A DNA stretch of 64,000 nt from Octopus vulgaris (lineage: Eukaryota): positions 70,680,001-70,744,000 of the forward strand of contig OX597818.1 in NCBI GenBank assembly GCA_951406725.2. The letters are read 5' to 3'. Positions 12,984 through 27,410 of the stretch are shown here, in pieces. Each line of letters begins with the position of its first letter. Position 1 is the stretch's first letter. Position numbers and translations under genes: made by a program. The notes beneath the pieces are model-generated. The model was not told where the DNA came from. It searched no databases and saw only the letters and a program-made list of their open reading frames with translations.

Positions 12984-13450
12984 CAATCATCATCATCATC
13001 ATTTAACGTCCATTGTCCATGCTGCCATGGGTTGGACGGTTTGACCAGGGGGGGTGGGGCTGGCAAGCTGGAAGGCTGCACCAGACTCCAGTCTATTTCA
13101 GCATGGGTGACTCCGGTATCTGCCACAACTGCGATTTTACTTGGCTTGATGTGTCTTCTTCTCAAGCACAACATAATGCCAAGGGTCTCGGTCATTGCGT
13201 CTGTGAGGCCCAACATTTGAAAAGAGCTCAACCACTTTACCTCTGTGAGGCTCAATGCTTGAAAGGTGCTTTCACATGCCACCTGCACGGGTGCTGGTTA
13301 TGTGACATCAGCATCAGCCACAACTGCGATTTTACTTGGCTTGAAAGGTCTTCTCAAGTACAGCATATCGCCAAAGATCTTGGTCACCAGTCCTTGCCTC
13401 TGTGAGGCCCAAAAGCTCAGAGATCACGCTTCACCACTTCATCCCATATA
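12984..13450 (-). mobile_element. RTE-derived 3' fragment with internal duplication
   Basis: (GAT)n tail and RTE 3' UTR; LGLTDAMT matches LGLTEAMT of RTE ORF2; ccacaactgcgattttacttggcttga occurs twice, about 195 bp apart. Confidence 0.8.
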
Positions 13451-16400
13451 TCCATTCAAGTTCTTACCTCCCTTGTTATAATAACAAAACAGCCAAACCA
13501 CAGGAATAGGAATGATATTATAGCCAGTAAAACTGCTGCAAGCAGTCTACTGATTAAAAGGGTTCCAACCTTGCCCATCTCTTATTTTTCTATATTTTCC
13601 TCAACTTCTTTGTCCAATATATTCTTTCTTTTATTTAGACAGTAAGGTGGAATTCAAGAGAGATATTTTTGCTATCCAGTTCAACTGTGTACAGATTCCC
13701 TTGTTGAATTATACAAAACTGTAATGGATTTAGTAGCTGAGATCCCCAATGATTGAAGATCCATCCATCCATCCATACATGCATACATACACACACACAC
13801 ATATATGCATGTGCTTATGTTTGTGTGCCTGTGTGTATGTTATTTATCGTTTAACGTGAAAGTATAAAAATGATTGATGGAGTGCATTATCTATTAAAGA
13901 TATGCTTGCATATTACATTTCATCTCAGACTGAAACCCACTGCACTAACTTTGGGATAATCCAAAAGTTCATATAGAAATATGAAAATTTCCAGAAAGGA
14001 AAGAGGAAAAATAGCAGAAAAAGCAGCATTCTATTTATCTATTGTTCTTATTTTTTAATGGTCTATCTGTGTGAAATTTTACAATGCACAAGTTCTTTTC
14101 AACTGACAACCAAGAAAGAAAATATTCCAGAGAATTCTTGAGTGCATATAAGCCAGAAAATATTAAATGTAATTTTGGCCTGGATGTTATAGTTACAGGA
14201 AAAAAAAACTTTGTATCCACAAGTTTTTATGAGCTTTTTTTTTTAGGAAAAGAAATTTCTGATTGAATTATATGAAGTACTGTTTTTGTTTTAAAGATGC
14301 ATGGAGAGGCTGTACCCTGTATCTCCTATATTCAATATTTCTAGTGCACAATTTAATTTCCTTTATGCACCAGTTGCATAATGTGTGATTAGATAGATAT
14401 GCTACGTGGTATAAGAAGGTACACTGATGCACTGGTCTAAGATGGGGAAACTGCAAGGGAAAAATGTTGAAAAGAGAGGAAATGATATCCAACAGATTTA
14501 GTTCTGGAGGAATATTTGCTTGTGAAGACTTTGATTTGATCTTAGCTGAAAACACTGGACGTGGTAGGTGCTGGTAGCAGAGGTGGCTGGGGTGGGGGTG
14601 GAGGGTGTTGTTGTTGTTGTTGTTGTTATTCAATCCCAGCTGTTCTTTGGTTGTTTAGCTCTATAACAAAAGGCACTCCATCTGTGACCATGCCATCTTC
14701 CAGATAGAGTGAATCCAAATGTCTACTATGTGTCCATGCCATACTTTTGCAGGCCATTGCAGGATTGTTGCCATTAATGTTTCAAAAGTCAACATCTGCA
14801 GGGAAGACATGGGCAAGCAGTATGATGAAAGGGTGAGTTCTAACGATAGGGGTTAGTGCAGGGCATGGTTGGGGTCATTGGATGCAATATAGGTAATGAG
14901 AGACAAGTGGGTTAGTAGTTACAGAACACAGGTGACATGAGAGTGGTCATGTCTGAGGAAGAGAGGTCATAATCATGGTGGTAGAGGAAGTTGGGAAGAA
15001 GTAGGGAAGGTGTAATTTGGCTGGTATTTCTAGCAGGGTGAATGACTTCATAGAGGTGACTTTAATCCTGACTATAAGATCTCAGTGATGACCCTAGATG
15101 GGCAAATCAGTTATAAAAACAGATTTCCAGCTAAAAGGAACAGAGTTTACCTTGTGTCACTGTTGTCAAGGTGAGACATAACAAGACAATATGCAAAAGT
15201 GTCTCAGAGTGGTTGAATATACCTCAGTCTTGCATCACCTACACATTTGTAAACTTTTTCAGTGAGCTTGTAGTGGTGAGTTCAGTTCTGTTATGGAGGA
15301 AGTTGTCTACTGTAGACTAGGGTACTATTCCAGAACAAGATCTGAAGTTTGCCACTTCATGGAAAATTTGTACTTGTCAAAGAAAGTAGAAAACATGTTC
15401 AAATTGTTATATGAAGCACTCAATGTCTTACATGTTACAAAGTGTAGGCCTAACAGCTACTGGGGTTCTGAGATCAAATCCAATGAAGTCATTCTTTCCT
15501 CTTCCTTCCCATCATATCTCCCATGATAACATTTGATGAGTTAGCTGGAATGTCAGAGAGAATTACTTTGCAGCATTTATTCTCACTCTCAGTATTCATC
15601 TCTATGTTCAAACCACACCAGAGTCAATTTTGTCTTTAAGGGTCAGTAAAGGAAGTACCAGTCTTGTCCTGGAGTCAGTAATTCTTTTCTCTCTCTCTCT
15701 CTTGGTTATGGTCAGCTATGGAGAGGGATGCCTTCCAAGGTACCCTATAAGTCATAATGATACCCTAATGATGGCATCAGAACTTGAGGGCCCAAGGCAA
15801 GTCATTTGACATTGCCTTGTTAAATCAATAACAGAACTGATGGGAATCTGGAGTCAAAGACTATCAAACAAACCAAAGATGGATTCCAATCATCCATTCA
15901 CTTAAACCTAACGAAACTCAACTTTTGTTTATTTGCTTTTTGCTCACACTGAGATTAACGAACAGATGACTACAACAACAAAAACAATAACAAGATAGAA
16001 AATAGATAGCAAATATTAATTACTCTACCAGAAATATATTAATTACTCTACCAGAAATATAAATTTCAGCAAGAAAAGCAATTTTTTCCCCAATTTTTAA
16101 TCAAAATCAGTGAGTGTGCATCGTTAGACTATGATGGAAGAGATTGATAGCAGCAACGCTTACCATTTGTCTGATAATGGGCTGTTAGTGGTTTGTCGAT
16201 AGAACAGATTTTTAGATTTTTCTAGGAAGAACAGTTACAGAGAGGGTTTTCAACTGTCTGCTTCTATCTAAGTCTATGTAAATATTAATATTTGGGTAAG
16301 CCTCGTTAGGAATCCAGAAACATATAGATTTGTGTGTGTACACACACACACACACACACACACAAGCTTAATGCATGTTTAAATACACGCTTGAATATGT

Positions 16401-17814
16401 TTGTATTTGCATAATATACATATATTAATGTGTTTTTGTACATAGAGGAAGGTTGCATACTGTTTCAGTTATGTGTGCATGTGCTTTCTGGGGCATGCAT
16501 ACATGCATGTGTGTCTGTGTGATCTGTGCAGCAGGAGGGGGCAGTTTCCATCCCTGTGATTATGCTGCACATATCTTTGTTTATGCGTGTGAAAGATTAC
16601 AACTTCATGTGTGTGTGTGTGTTGGGTGGGGCCTCCATAGGCCCATACATGTGCTTATCTTGGTGTGTGTGTGTGTGTGTGTCTCTATAAATGTGTGTTG
16701 CATTACATGTCTTGATGTACATTTCATTTTATGTATGTATAGGTGTATACACACACTCACACGTGCACACATATATGTGTGTGTGTGTAGTATATATTTT
16801 TCTCCACTGTATATCACTGAAAGATGTAAACATTGGTGAGAAAGCCAATAAATCGGTGCTTTACAACAGAAATACCTTGTGTGCTATTTATTACACCTGA
16901 ATTGCACTGATGCTCTCTTGTCACTGCTACCATCATAAAATGCAGCAAAGCAGTGATTGAACCATTGGAAACCTATAACTAACAATGTTATTGATCAGAA
17001 AATATGGTATGAAGAGAGAAGGACTTTGAAATGTGTGTGTGTGTGTGTGTGTGTGCGTGCATGTGTGTACAAGGCAAACTTCTTTATCACATGGTCTGCC
17101 TGCAAATAAAAATTTAAATATTGTAAATGTTTTTTACAATTTATTTTTAATGGCTTAGAGTCAATTTTTAATGGGCGAGCTTTGTTCTTTTAATGGCTTC
17201 ATAACACTAATAAAGGCAGCAGCTACGAGCCTCTTCAGAGTGTGTGAGACTTGTTACAGGAAGGTATTATCTTATCCTCAGGGCAAAGACCTGGCATGGA
17301 TACTTCAATCAGTGGTCCCCACCAAGGTCCATCTGGTAATGATAAACTGGGCCACAGTTAGTCTACCTCCAAAATAATGTTACTAATAAAACACAAGAAA
17401 TGCATGGACATCACACAATCACATCTAATTTCTTCCAACTGACAAATAGAAGGTTGTAAGAAATGAAAATGGTGGCAGCAGCTGTGTGAAAGAAATGTAA
17501 GATGCGGAAGACAAGAATTTTTTTTTATCTTCGAAGCCACCTACTCATTGTTGCTTCGTCAGTTATATGTCATCCATGGAAATGTCCTTCTGGTTTTGAC
17601 ATTTACCCAATGCATGTACAAGCATATAGACATATATACACACATGTGCATCAATATACATACACATTCACACACATTCACTTTCTTAATAACACGTTCA
17701 TGTACACACTTAAAGAAACAAAACACACACACATTCACATAAGCATTGCATATGTATGTGTATGTGTGTGGGTGTGTTTGCGTGGGTGAGTGTGTGTATA
17801 CATACATTCATTCA

Positions 17815-17858
<44 letters not shown>

Positions 17859-19679
17859 TAATGCAAAAATTTCATACCATCTCCCTTACACACACACACA
17901 CACACATATATATATACATGGGTTAGTATATACATATGATGGATGATATATGTATATATATATATATATAAATATATATATAAAATCATTCATATATGCA
18001 CACATTCAAATAAATGTAAGAGTTGTTGAACCCAAAAACTAAATAAATCTTAAACAGTAAATCAAACCAGTTGCCTTAATTTGGCCGAGAGATTAAGAAA
18101 CTCTGCATCGTAACCGAGTGGTCTTGTGTTAGATTCCACTGTGCAGATCTTTGGACAAATGTTTCCTTTAGTTTTATGATAATTTATTTTTACTTTAAAA
18201 TCAGCTGTTATTTTCACTGTTTCTCACCTCTGGAGACACCTAGGTGTGCACAATGAAACAGTCACTTGTAAAGTTTGAATCAAATTTAAATATGTTACAA
18301 TTGCAATTGGCCTGTCGTTGTTAATATAAGTTTTAGAATGCTTAAACAAGTTAATTATATCTCATCAGACATGAGATGATACCTTAATGCCCATGTAGCC
18401 TTAACTAAGTCATGTGGTTTTAGAGCAAAGAAGCTCTTTTTACTTCTGTTTGGAGCATTCTGGGAAAAGTTTTTCTTTCTCAAATTCATAATTTCTTATC
18501 ATAATTTGTATAAGGGAAAAAACTACTGAACAAATTAAATGAGTTGTGTCTTTTGGTATTTGGACCTGTTGCTTTGTTTGTGAATCCTAAGTCTTAAAGA
18601 AAAACAGAGATCTGACAAAGATAACAGTTGCGCATGGATGAGTTCGATAAGAAATTCCAAATTTGAAGGAAAAAAGAAAGAAAAACAAATTAAATGATAA
18701 AAAGAGACAAAGAAGGAAAAAAAGGAAGCGCGTATTTGAAAATTCTGCATCTAGAAGAACCCATTGCTTACAGTTGTAGGATCTAAGCAATTATGTATTA
18801 TGAACTTATTGGTGTGTTTATATTTACCAAATTTCTCACGCTTGGAACTTAAATATATCCCCAGATGAACTGAGTTTTTCAGGATTGGTTTTCTCTCCAT
18901 GGTACAGACACCACATCATTTGCTACCATTTTTATTGGGTTAAAATTTCTTAATAATCTTTAAGTTGATATTGTTTACAGCTTATTTAAAGATCACATGT
19001 TACCAGAGAACTTTGTTGTGTTTTGTTTATTTTCAGAAGAAAATTTATCGTTGCATCATTGTCGATGTGCTTTTTCTTTCCTCTTTTCTTTATTTTCCTT
19101 AATTATTTAATATTTAGTTTTATATCTTGTCTTCTTTCTTTTATCAAATTGGAAAATTCTTATCAAACTGAACCATAAACTCTTATTAGCTTCATCATGT
19201 CAAATTCCCTAAAAGACAACAGATGATAGTAGTGGGAATATAAGCTACTAGTTTAGGAGAAGGGGACGTGCGCGTGTGTGTGTGTGTGTGTAAACAAGTT
19301 ACAGATGTGCTTGTATGGATCTAGAACAGTTCCTTTTCAGATATTATTGCAGGGACCATTCTCAATATCCAAACAGGAACATCAGACTTCTCTAAAACTT
19401 TTAATTACATTACTTTTTCTCTTTGTATAATTATCTTGAAACTGTACATTCTCTCTGCAATGGGTATTGAGTACTCTTTTGTTCTGGCTAAGAACTTCAC
19501 ACACACACACACACACACATCAGTCGTCCCTTTTGCAATTTGTTGATGTATACAGCTGATTGAAAGAAACATTGAGTCAGGCATGTCATCCTTTCTACAT
19601 AAGAGAAACAGACATAAAGATCAGTGTGAGGGCATTGCGTGTGTAAATATATATTTGTGTATGTATATGTATATATAGA

Positions 19680-20159
19680 CATGGCCGATGACAGTACCAC
19701 CTGATTGGTACTCATGCCAGTGGAACGTTGAAAGTACATCCGAGCGTGATCATTGCCAGGGCTGCGGATTGGCTCCCATGCTGTTGGCACGTAAAAAGCA
19801 CCATTTGAAAATGATCATTGCCAGTGTCACATTACTGGCACATGTGCCGGTGGCATGTGAAAGACAACATTCAAGCCTGGTTGTTGCTAGTGCCGCCAGA
19901 CTGGCTTCCATGCAGGGAGCATGTAAAAATCATCTTTTGAGTGTGATCGTTGCCAGAACTGCCTGACTGGCCCTTGTGCCAGTGGCACATAAAAGCACCC
20001 ACTACACTCTCAGAGTGGTTGGCATTAGGAAGGGCATCCAGCTGCAGAAAATTTACCAGATCAGATTGGAGCCTGGCACAGCCTTCTGGCTCACCAGTCC
20101 TCAGTCAAACCATCCAACCCATGCCAGCATGGAAAGCGGACATTAAACGAACGACGATA

Positions 20160-20165
<6 letters not shown>
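19680..20165 (+). mobile_element. RTE 3' UTR fragment with diverged internal repeats
   Basis: ggcac.taaaagcacc repeats followed by ggaagggcatccagctg...ccaacccatgccagcatgg. Confidence 0.8.
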
Positions 20166-20211
<46 letters not shown>

Positions 20212-20400
20212 TATAAAAATATCATTGAACATTAGTAAAATTTTTAAAGTACTAGTTATCATACCTTAGCATTTGATTTTTGTTTCAAACAGTTGGCAGA
20301 TTGAGAGATTTTTTAGTAGAAATATTTAAAGTTTTAGCTTATTTAATGAGTTCAGTATGTTGAAATTGATTAATAATTAATTAATTTACCTCAATTGTTG

Positions 20401-20432
<32 letters not shown>

Positions 20433-20450
<18 letters not shown>

Positions 20451-20611
20451 ATTTTGGCTCAAACAGCAAAAAGCAAGGCCATGTAGGGGGACATGGAGTT
20501 ATGTACAGGGTGGTGTTCATGTAAAGAGTTCAGGCCCCTTGTGGTCAAGGGAGACTTTGAACCGAGCGGTCGTCGGCATCTTCACTATCTCGTCCGGCAG
20601 CTTATTCCACT
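20433..20611 (-). mobile_element. CR1 LINE 3' end
   Basis: WNKLPDEIVKMPTTARFKVSLD (CR1 ORF2 C-terminal motif WN.LP...FK..LD), 3' UTR and (TAAC)n tail. Confidence 0.85.
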
Positions 20612-21081
20612 TATTTTTTTTTAATGATGATAATAATATTTGTGTGTGTGTTTTGTGCATGTGTGTGTGTGTGTGTGTGTGGAGGAAATAACCTCAATTG
20701 TCCACAGCACAAAGGGACTGGAAAGGCCCATGCTCAGGATATCATTACAAGATCATATTCGAAATGAAGTAATTTGAGAAGTGAGCAGAGTGAATAAAGG
20801 TGATTGCTGAACAGCAAAAGCTGAAGTTTTGCTTGGATGGACGTGTTGCAAGGTTTACAGTTAACAGGTGCATCTCTGCAGTTGGTGAGTGATATCCAAG
20901 AAATCAGAGAAGACCACTCTGAAGGCCTCCATGGGGATGGGAAGACAATTTTGTAAAACGATTTGGAAAGGAAGGGTGTAAGGAAGAAAATTAAACGTGA
21001 ATTTTGATTACCAATGTATAACAACTGAGAGTCTGTTTGATAGAGAGATACACTGATATATGTATATACGTTTGTGTGTGC

Positions 21082-21112
<31 letters not shown>

Positions 21113-21115
<3 letters not shown>

Positions 21116-21316
21116 TTTTGTTCTTATATTTGTTTCAGCCATTTGACTGTGGCCATGCTGGAGCACCGCCTTGGTGAGTGTCAACAAATCAACCCCAGGA
21201 CTTATTCATTGTAAGCCTAGTACTTATTCTATCGGTCTCTTTTGCCAGACCAGTAAGTTTCGGAGATGTAAACACACCAACATCGGTTGTCAAAAGATGG
21301 TGGGGTCAGAAACACA

Positions 21317-21359
<43 letters not shown>

Positions 21360-21450
21360 GACTGGCTTCTTTCAGTTTCCCTCTACTAAATCCACTCTCA
21401 TGGCTTTGGTCAGCCCAAGGCTATAGTAGAAGACACTTGCCCAAGGTGCT
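21113..21450 (-). mobile_element. family B SINE, 5'-truncated
   Basis: Collinear with 8870-9258. Confidence 0.8.
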
Positions 21451-21931
21451 ACATAAATATATATGAATGTTTGCTTTATTATATATTAATGTTTTATTCT
21501 AGGCATCATTATATAAAAACAATCATTTTAATTGAAGGATTGCTCAAAACATTTAAGATTCCAAATCGATTTTTATAAGGAAAATGTTGACACTGTCTTC
21601 AGGTTTACCATTCATGGGTTAACATATATACGCGAGTGACAATAAATGCCTATGTATTTTTTATGTGTGTAGATAAGTATACACACACACACATTCAATG
21701 ACAAAAGACTGACAGCACCAAAACAAATAAATGGACATTTGTAAAACATAAGAGAAAAACCTAGTTTTGTAATGACAGTATTAACTTAATGCAGCCAATC
21801 TAACCCTGAATTTCAAAGTCTTTTACAGTAATTCTTGCTTTGCATATGTGAGTGTAGGGGTGGGGTGGGGGGCGCTTTGGTTTAGTAATATTCATATAAG
21901 TAGCTGTGTATGTGTGTTTGTGCATGCATAC

Positions 21932-21967
<36 letters not shown>

Positions 21968-22077
21968 ATGTAGATACATAATATATTTGTGTTGGAATGT
22001 GCCTATATATACACACACACACACATATATATAATGTATTTAATGTATAAAACCTACAGATATGCATGTTATATATT

Positions 22078-22113
<36 letters not shown>

Positions 22114-23136
22114 CATATATATGTTATACATGCATATGTGATATATATAGATATACACAACACAAATGTATGTGTGTATACAGACACACACACACACACT
22201 CACATTGTTCCTCCATGTTAAAATTACTTGTTGTCTTCAGAAATAGACACAGTAGCCATATATCTAATCTCCAGAGAAGTCAGATCTCTCTCTGCTACAC
22301 TAAAGATGGACATTTTTTTGATTATTTAATATTTCTCTCTCAATAGTTTTCGTTTTTATTTTTGAAAAACTTACCTTATATGTTTTTATTTATGGTTTTT
22401 GTTTGTTTCTTTGCCGATATTTTATATATTTTGTTTTGCAGCTCAGTCTGCAGACTGTTCAATCAGATCATTTTATTGATTTCAATTTCTGTCTTAAGGG
22501 TAGAATTAGTAATATTTTTTCTTCTCGTTCCTCATCATTTTGACCATTTCAACCGCTGCACCCCACCCAACACTTGTTTCAATACCATTCCAATGATACA
22601 CGGAACCGCATTTTCCTTTTTGCTTTGTTTTTGTTTTATTTTTCAAGACATTTTACCTTCACAGAGTAAGAAACAAATTCTATGAAATAAAATTGCATCA
22701 AGACTTTGGTCCCAAATTTAAAAACCAGGCTTAATGGTCATGGCCGCAACATCTTTGACCAAGTGTGTTTAATCATTCAGGGCTCTCTGGCCTTAAAGAT
22801 CTAGTCAAAAAAACCAGCACTTTCTCTCTCTCTCTCCCCTCTCTCACTCTCTCTTTCTTTCTCACTCTCTCTCTCTCTCCCCCACACACACATATACAGA
22901 ACATCCTCTTCTGCCTCATCCTCCTGCATCGTTTTTCATGCTTTCATCCTTCCCAAACAACTCATTATTATACAAATTACTTCTGCCCTCCATATTTTGG
23001 TTATCTCTATTTCTAGATCATTATATTTGGATAATTTCTCTGGTTTAAGATATATTAAGATATATATTTCTCTATTTTTGAGATGTCTTTTCCATCTGTT
23101 GGGATTCATAGGCACAAAAAGCAGATATCTCTTTAC

Positions 23137-23176
23137 CTGACGGTCTTTGAGAGTAATTATCTGGACAGTTTCCTTT
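23137..23176 (-). CDS. putative 40-nt cassette exon
   Basis: Branch-like cactaat, acceptor ttgttcatacag|AAA, donor TCAG|gtaaag. Phase 0 reads KGNCPDNYSQRPS; phase 1 reads (E)RKLSR*. Confidence 0.4.
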
Positions 23177-23485
23177 CTGTATGAACAAGCATATCACAAA
23201 TTAGTGTCACTCTGTCTAATTTTAAATACTAAGGGTGAACAATCAAAGAGATCAATAAAAACTGAGTGTTTTTTATTGCATTTTTCCTTTGAAATTCTGA
23301 TTTTGAATCTGACTGCAACTGACTCTATCTTCAATTCCTCTGGGTTCAGTAAAATAAATATAAGTTAATTATTGGGTTTGTGGGAAGATAGAATCAAATT
23401 AGGAGCTTTTTAGAAATTATTCATATTGCTATAAATAGCAACATGTGAAACAAGCTGGATGTAAGATAATGATGAGTATTGGCAG

Positions 23486-23585
23486 GGTGGTGGTGCTGGT
23501 GGTGCTGGTGGTGGTGCTGGTGGTGGTGCTGGTGGTGCTGGTGGTGCTGGTGCTGGTGGTGCTGGTGGTGCTGGTGCTGGTGATG
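23486..23585. repeat. (TGG/TGC)n trinucleotide repeat
   Basis: Seen directly. Confidence 0.9.
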
Positions 23586-24559
23586 TTTATGCAGAATAAA
23601 GTCCAGGATTAAATGCCTGATGATGTTTAGTTCCATTCATTGTAAATTTTGAGTTCCTGCATTTCTAGGCTCAACTCTCATTTCTCTTTCATTTAAGTCT
23701 TAATCATAGAAGAACCAAACAACAGCCGGAAATGATTACATACACACATACATATATATACATGCATGCATACATATATTCATACATACAGACAGACACA
23801 CACACACACACAGTTTTCAAATTGTCCCGGATGACAAAATTCCAAATTCCAATATTTCCGGCTATTTCAATGCCATATCTCAGGTTTCTCTCTTACAAGG
23901 GTTTGATCATCATTTTTTTTTGTTCTGGAATTAATGGAAGGATTAAATGAATACCAGTAATACACTTGGTCTCATAAATAGACTTACAGAAACCAGACTT
24001 TCTCTCTGAGATATCAACATATATCATCACCATTCTCTTCACTTTAGCATCCACAAAGGTGAGAACGGGGTCATACTTTGTTGTTTTCTCTTTTGTTTTT
24101 CTTTTTATCTTTATTTATTTGTTTCTTGATTGGCTAAATTTATGTTCATTAGATTATTAATGAATGACAAAAAATTTTTGTGACAGCTTATACACTGTTA
24201 AATTGTTTTGTCAGGTGTGATGTACTATTTGATAAACTGGTCGTATAAATGTGTATGATCAACGTCTTGTTGGTAACGGGTTTTGTGATGCTTGTTTGTC
24301 TGTGCAACAGGATGTGTAGTATGGCTGAAGAAACTGTATGTACCAGAGTTTGTGGAGTTTATGCGTGGATGGACTAGAAGTGAAGATATAAGTGATATCT
24401 AGATGTTGCACAGGTGTACAAAGTGGTTTAAGAAAGTGAAGTTTATGAATGTCTATCAAACCATGAATCAGAGTGTCAAAGTTATTTTGATATCGAAGTT
24501 ATGTAGACATATGTAGAGATGCTAGAGGAATGAGTGCATGTGGGAGTAAATGTTGGTCT

Positions 24560-24900
24560 TAAGTATTCCAGTGGGTTTATATAAATTTCTATTTCAGGAG
24601 AGAATCTATTAAAGATATCTCCTCTGACATTTAATACTGTTGCCAGAACTTTTCAATCTTTCCAGCAACGTATTTGCTCTACAAAGTTGACATTTCCTTC
24701 CCATACTGGTGTATGATCCAGAGCTTTTGAGAATCTTCCACCTGATTTCATAATCCATATTGTCCTCTTTTAGTTTCAAAATATAGCTTGCTTATATTGT
24801 GGAAGTCCATTTTGGAATGAAGGATGTCTTGTTGCTGTAAAACCTTTGTTTGAATTTATCCTCAAACATACCTATGTAATGTCTCTTTTTTTCTCTCATC
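24560..24900 (-). mobile_element. Penelope-like element, decayed GIY-YIG endonuclease fragment
   Basis: Manual translation HYIGMFEDKFKQRFYSNKTSF...*ASYILKLKEDNMDYEIRWKIL...KCQLC, then LNVRGD in a shifted frame; fits the PLE endonuclease pattern YIG..FK.R...I.W.IL...C.LC...LN.R. Confidence 0.75.
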
Positions 24901-25462
24901 TTGATGGTGTATCATGGTTAATTGTTGGTTAGCATGGAACTGAACAGTAAATGGTTTCAAACAAATAGGTAAATTTGAGAAATTTTCATCAAACACTCAG
25001 ATATCAGTTTGAAAAGGCAGAATAGATCTATTGATCTAGTCCAGTAGTTTTGGAAAAGTGCATTGTGACAGACTGGGATGCTGCAAGATGTAGCTAGGTG
25101 CACTCTAATGATATTTAAAAAATCTGAAAACTACAAACTGAAATTCAAGTATGAAGTCTTGATAAATGCCTCAATTATTGAATACAGAAGCAGGTGTTTA
25201 ATGATTTTCTGTTGTTTAAATGCTTTATAATTTAAAATATATAAATACATCCTTCATGTAGAAACAGAAGAAAAATATTTTTATTAGCTCTAAAGTAGGT
25301 CATGAGTCCAAAATTGTAGGAAACATAACTAATTAAATGTCGTGTGTGAGAGAGAGAGTATGTATGGTAGATGTGTTCTGCTTGTTATGAGGTGCATCCT
25401 AATTACAAACAAAAGATAGTCATTTGTATACAATCCTCAGAGAAGCTTGTGCCGTTATGAAT

Positions 25463-26674
25463 TCATCATCATCATCATCATCATCGTTTAACGTCCGTTT
25501 TCTGCGCTAGCACGGGTTGGACGGTTCGACCGGGGTCTGGGAAGCCAGGAGGCTGCACCAGGCTCCAGTCTGATCTGGCAGCGTTTCTACAGCTGGATGC
25601 CCTTCCTAATGCCAACCACTCTGTGAGTGTAGTGGGTGCTTTTTACATGCCACCGGCACAAGTGCCGGGGGAGTCTTGCAGTGGCCACGATCGGTTGGTG
25701 CTTTTAACGTGCCACCAGCAAGGAAGCCAGTCAAGGCGGTGCTGGCATTGGTCACATTCGGATAGTGCTTTTTATGTGCCACCAACACAGAAGCCAGTCA
25801 AGGCGGCGCTGGCATTGGCCACATTCGGATAGTGCTTTTTACGTACCACCGGCACAGAAGCCAGTCCAGGTGGTGCTGGCATCGGTCACGTTCGGATGGT
25901 GCTTTTTATGTGCCACCGGCACAGGTATCACAACTACTATTTCCATTGATATTTATTTCGATGTTCACGTTCATGTACTTGACTCAACAGGTCTCCTCAA
26001 GCACAGTGGGTTGTTCTGAAATCCAAGGTACTTTGAATGGGCTGGGGCTATACAGAACTGGTGCAGGAAGCAGCCCGGGTCTTTGCAGTCACAGCATATC
26101 TCCAGAGATCTCGGTCCTTTGTCATTGCCTCTGTGAGGCCCAACGCTCTGAGGTCATGCTTGACTACCTCATCCCATGTCTTCCTGGGTCTACCTCTCCC
26201 CCTGATACCTTCAACTGTTTGGGAGCGGCACTTCTTCACACATCTCTCCTCATCCAACCGCAGTACATGACCATACCATCGCAAGCGTTGCTCTTGCACA
26301 CCGCATCTGATGCTTCTTATGTCCAGCATATCTCTCAGGGTGCTTACACTCTGTCGTGCACGCACACTGACATTACACAACCAGCGGATCATGCTAGCTT
26401 CATTTCTTTCAAGTCTACACATGTCCTCTGCAGTCACAGGCCATGTTTCACTACCGTGAAGCATGGCAGTTCGCACACATGCATCGTACAATCTACCTTT
26501 CACTCTGAGCGAGAGACCCTTTGTCGCCAGTAGAGGTAGGAGCTTTCTAAACTTTGCCCAGGCTATTCATATTCTAGTGGTGACACTCTCTGAGCATCCA
26601 CCTCCACTACTAACTTGGTCACCTAGGTAGCGGAAACTATCAACTACTTCTAGTTTCTCCCCCTGGAGTGTGAT
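25463..26674 (-). mobile_element. 5'-truncated RTE-clade LINE (ORF2 C-terminus, repeat-containing 3' UTR, (GAT)n tail)
   Basis: LEVVDSFRYLGDQV..RI*IAWAKF..KGRLYDACVRTAMLHGSETW..RLRWYGHVLR..GRGRPRKTW; a single in-frame stop suggests a fairly young copy. Confidence 0.95.
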
Positions 26675-27124
26675 ATCTTTAAAATATTGGGAATATTACA
26701 TGAAGACAGATGAAGGCTAGCGACAAGAAAAGCATGCAGTCACAGAGATATCAACTAAAATTTGCACAGATTCATTGAAGAATGGAAACATAAACATTGA
26801 ACCAGCAATGAAGATGAGGACAATAATAATAATGGTTGTGTGTGTGAATATATAAACACACAAACCCACATATCAATATAATAATCTGCTCATTCGTTAT
26901 ATATATATATATATTGTATAAATGATCATTGGGGAGGCCAAAACAGTGCAAAGTAAATCACAAGAAAGCAAATATGTGGATGAATGTAGACTTACAGTAT
27001 ATTCAATATTTTGGGATTATGAGCCCATTTGACTTCTGGCTGAAATCAGATCGCCATGTTGGTTCGTTAGTTACTGCACGCATTTTTTTTCTCTCCTTCT
27101 TTCTGTGTTTTTTTTCTCTGTGTA

Positions 27125-27162
27125 TCTTTCTGTTGAAGAGCGTAGGCTCGAAACGTTAAAGA
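27125..27162 (+). ncRNA. minimal hammerhead-ribozyme-like motif (A6U core variant)
   Basis: tcttt CTGTTGA a gagc gtag gctc GAAA cg TT aaaga: 5-bp stem I, 4-bp stem II, palindromic ACGT stem III. Confidence 0.5.
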
Positions 27163-27410
27163 CTTGTTTTATTTATATTTCCTGAGTGCCATACTAATAC
27201 AATTGTTTGTTTGTTTTCCACCTGCCTTCGTCTTTTGTCTATTTTCATAAAGCTTCCCGTTATATATATATATATATATTATATTATATTAAATTAGAGA
27301 CAAAACCACTATTAGGCAAATCAAACAATGAAAAACTTAAGCCAATACATATGATTAATTTATATTATTTAAATATGTAACAAAATTATTAAAAAATATC
27401 ATTAATATCA

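Noticed and set aside
16900-16960. miR-92-like seed aattgcac and an 8-bp stem
   Set aside because: Seed-only match and no precursor-length hairpin.
23421-23636. His/Gln-rich ORF
   Set aside because: Trinucleotide repeat without splice or homology support.
25630-25930. CRISPR-like periodicity
   Set aside because: The 'spacers' are homologous to each other, the array lies in an RTE 3' UTR, the context is eukaryotic and there are no cas genes.
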